Below, piece after piece: positions 62,651 through 64,000 of a stretch of DNA of 64,000 bases. The position numbers and the translations under genes are program-made. The stretch comes from Squalus acanthias (lineage: Eukaryota), in the NCBI GenBank assembly GCA_030390025.1, contig CM059432.1, positions 129,024,001-129,088,000 of the forward strand, given 5' to 3'. Every line of letters starts with the position of its first letter. The stretch's first letter is position 1. The notes below the pieces were generated by a model. The model saw only the letters and a program-made list of their open reading frames with translations, was not told the origin of the DNA and made no database searches.

Positions 62651-63790
62651 TTACGCAAGATAAGGGCTCATGGGGTTGGGGGTAATGTATTAGCATGGAT
62701 TGAGGATTGGTTAATGAACAAAAAACAGAGAATTTGGATAAACGGGTCATTTTCCGGTTGGCAGGCTGTGACTGGCGGGGTGCCGCAAGGATCAGTGCTT
62801 GTGCCTCAGCTATTTACATTCTATATTAATGACTTAGATGAAGGGACTGAGTGTAATGTATCCAGGTTTGCTGACGATACAAAACTAGGTGGGAAAGCAA
62901 GCTGTGAGGGGGACACAAAGAGCCTGCAAAGAGATGTAGACAGGTTAAGTGAGTGGGCAATAAGGTGACAGATGGAATATAATGTGGGGGAAATGTGAGG
63001 TTATTCACTTTGCTAAGAAGAATAGGAAAACAGAATATTTTTTAAATGGTGAGAAACTATTAAATGTTGGTGTTCAGAGAGATTTAGGTGTCCTCGTACA
63101 GGAAACACAGAGTTAGCATGCAGGTACAGCAGGCAATTAGGAAGGCAAATGGCATGTTGGCCTTTATTGCAAGGGGGTTGGAGTACAAGAGTAAGGAAGT
63201 CTTGCTACATTTGTCCAGGCTTTGGTGAGACCACACCTGGAGTACTGTGCGCAGTTTTGGTCTCCTTGTCTAAGGAAGGATATACTTGCCTTAGAGGTGG
63301 TGCAATGAAGGTTAACTAGATTGATTCCTGGGAAAAGAGGGTTGTCCTATGAGGAGAGATTGAGTAGATTGGGCCTATACTCTCTGGAGTTTAGAAGAAT
63401 GAGAGATGATCTCATTGAAACATGTAAGATTCTGAAGGGGATTGACAGGGTAGATGCTGAGAGGTTGTTTCCCTGGCTGGGGAGTCTAGAACTAGGGGGC
63501 TTAGTCTCAAGATAAGGGGTCGGCCATTTAAGACTGAGCTGAGGAGGAATTTCTTCACTTAGAGGGTTGCGAATCTTTGGAATTCTCTACCCCAAAGGGC
63601 TGTGGATGCTGAATTATTGAGTATATTCAAGGTTGTGATCGATAGATTTTTGGACTCTAGGGGAATCAAGGGATATGGGGATCGGGCGGGAAAGTGCTGA
63701 GGTCGAAGATCACCATGATCTTATTGAATGGCAGAGCAGGCTCGAGGGGCTGTGTGGCCGACTCGTGCTCCTAATTCTTAGGTTTTTAAG
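62651..63790 (+). mobile_element. 5'-truncated CR1 LINE
   Basis: [41 protein letters not shown]; 3' UTR and tail near 63780. Confidence 0.9.
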
Positions 63791-64000
63791 AAGTGCCTCT
63801 CAGTGGCAGCCATATGTAAATGGAAGAGTTAGGACAGGATGATGTCACCCGTCCTAAATTCCATGACCGCCGCCTTCCCAAGCGCCCTTCTGATTGTACC
63901 CCACTATATAAAAGGCTCATTTGCACATTGAGGCAGAAGCGGTTGATTGAAGGGGAGCTGCTGAAGGTAAGATCACTTTTGCAGACTTTATGGTTGACTG

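Overview
Eukaryotic, repeat-dense DNA with no recognisable host protein-coding exon. The repeat inventory (HE1-type V-SINEs, Deu-domain SINEs, LF-SINE-like remnants, abundant CR1 LINEs) points to a cartilaginous fish, probably a shark (inference). Main content: (1) three two-gene PIF/Harbinger DNA transposons (transposase plus a convergent, spliced Myb/SANT gene; 1085-4045, 16812-21185, 47310-51388), all inactivated, and many Harbinger-type MITEs with GGG-starting TIRs; (2) a near-complete Gypsy LTR retrotransposon with CsRn1-lineage hallmarks (38217-42563); (3) an RTE LINE nested in a Harbinger transposase; (4) two Penelope-like 3' fragments, each with a minimal hammerhead ribozyme motif; (5) a LINE that appears to have a tRNA-like Pol III head and no ORF1, plus a short head+tail derivative of it; (6) a 1.8-kb MITE carrying about 400 bp of unexplained sequence and a 14 x 63-bp C-rich minisatellite; (7) many CR1/L2/SINE fragments. 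Boundaries backed by TSDs/TIRs were read base by base; boundaries of old degraded repeats are approximate. Family names come from recognition of motifs, not from database searches.
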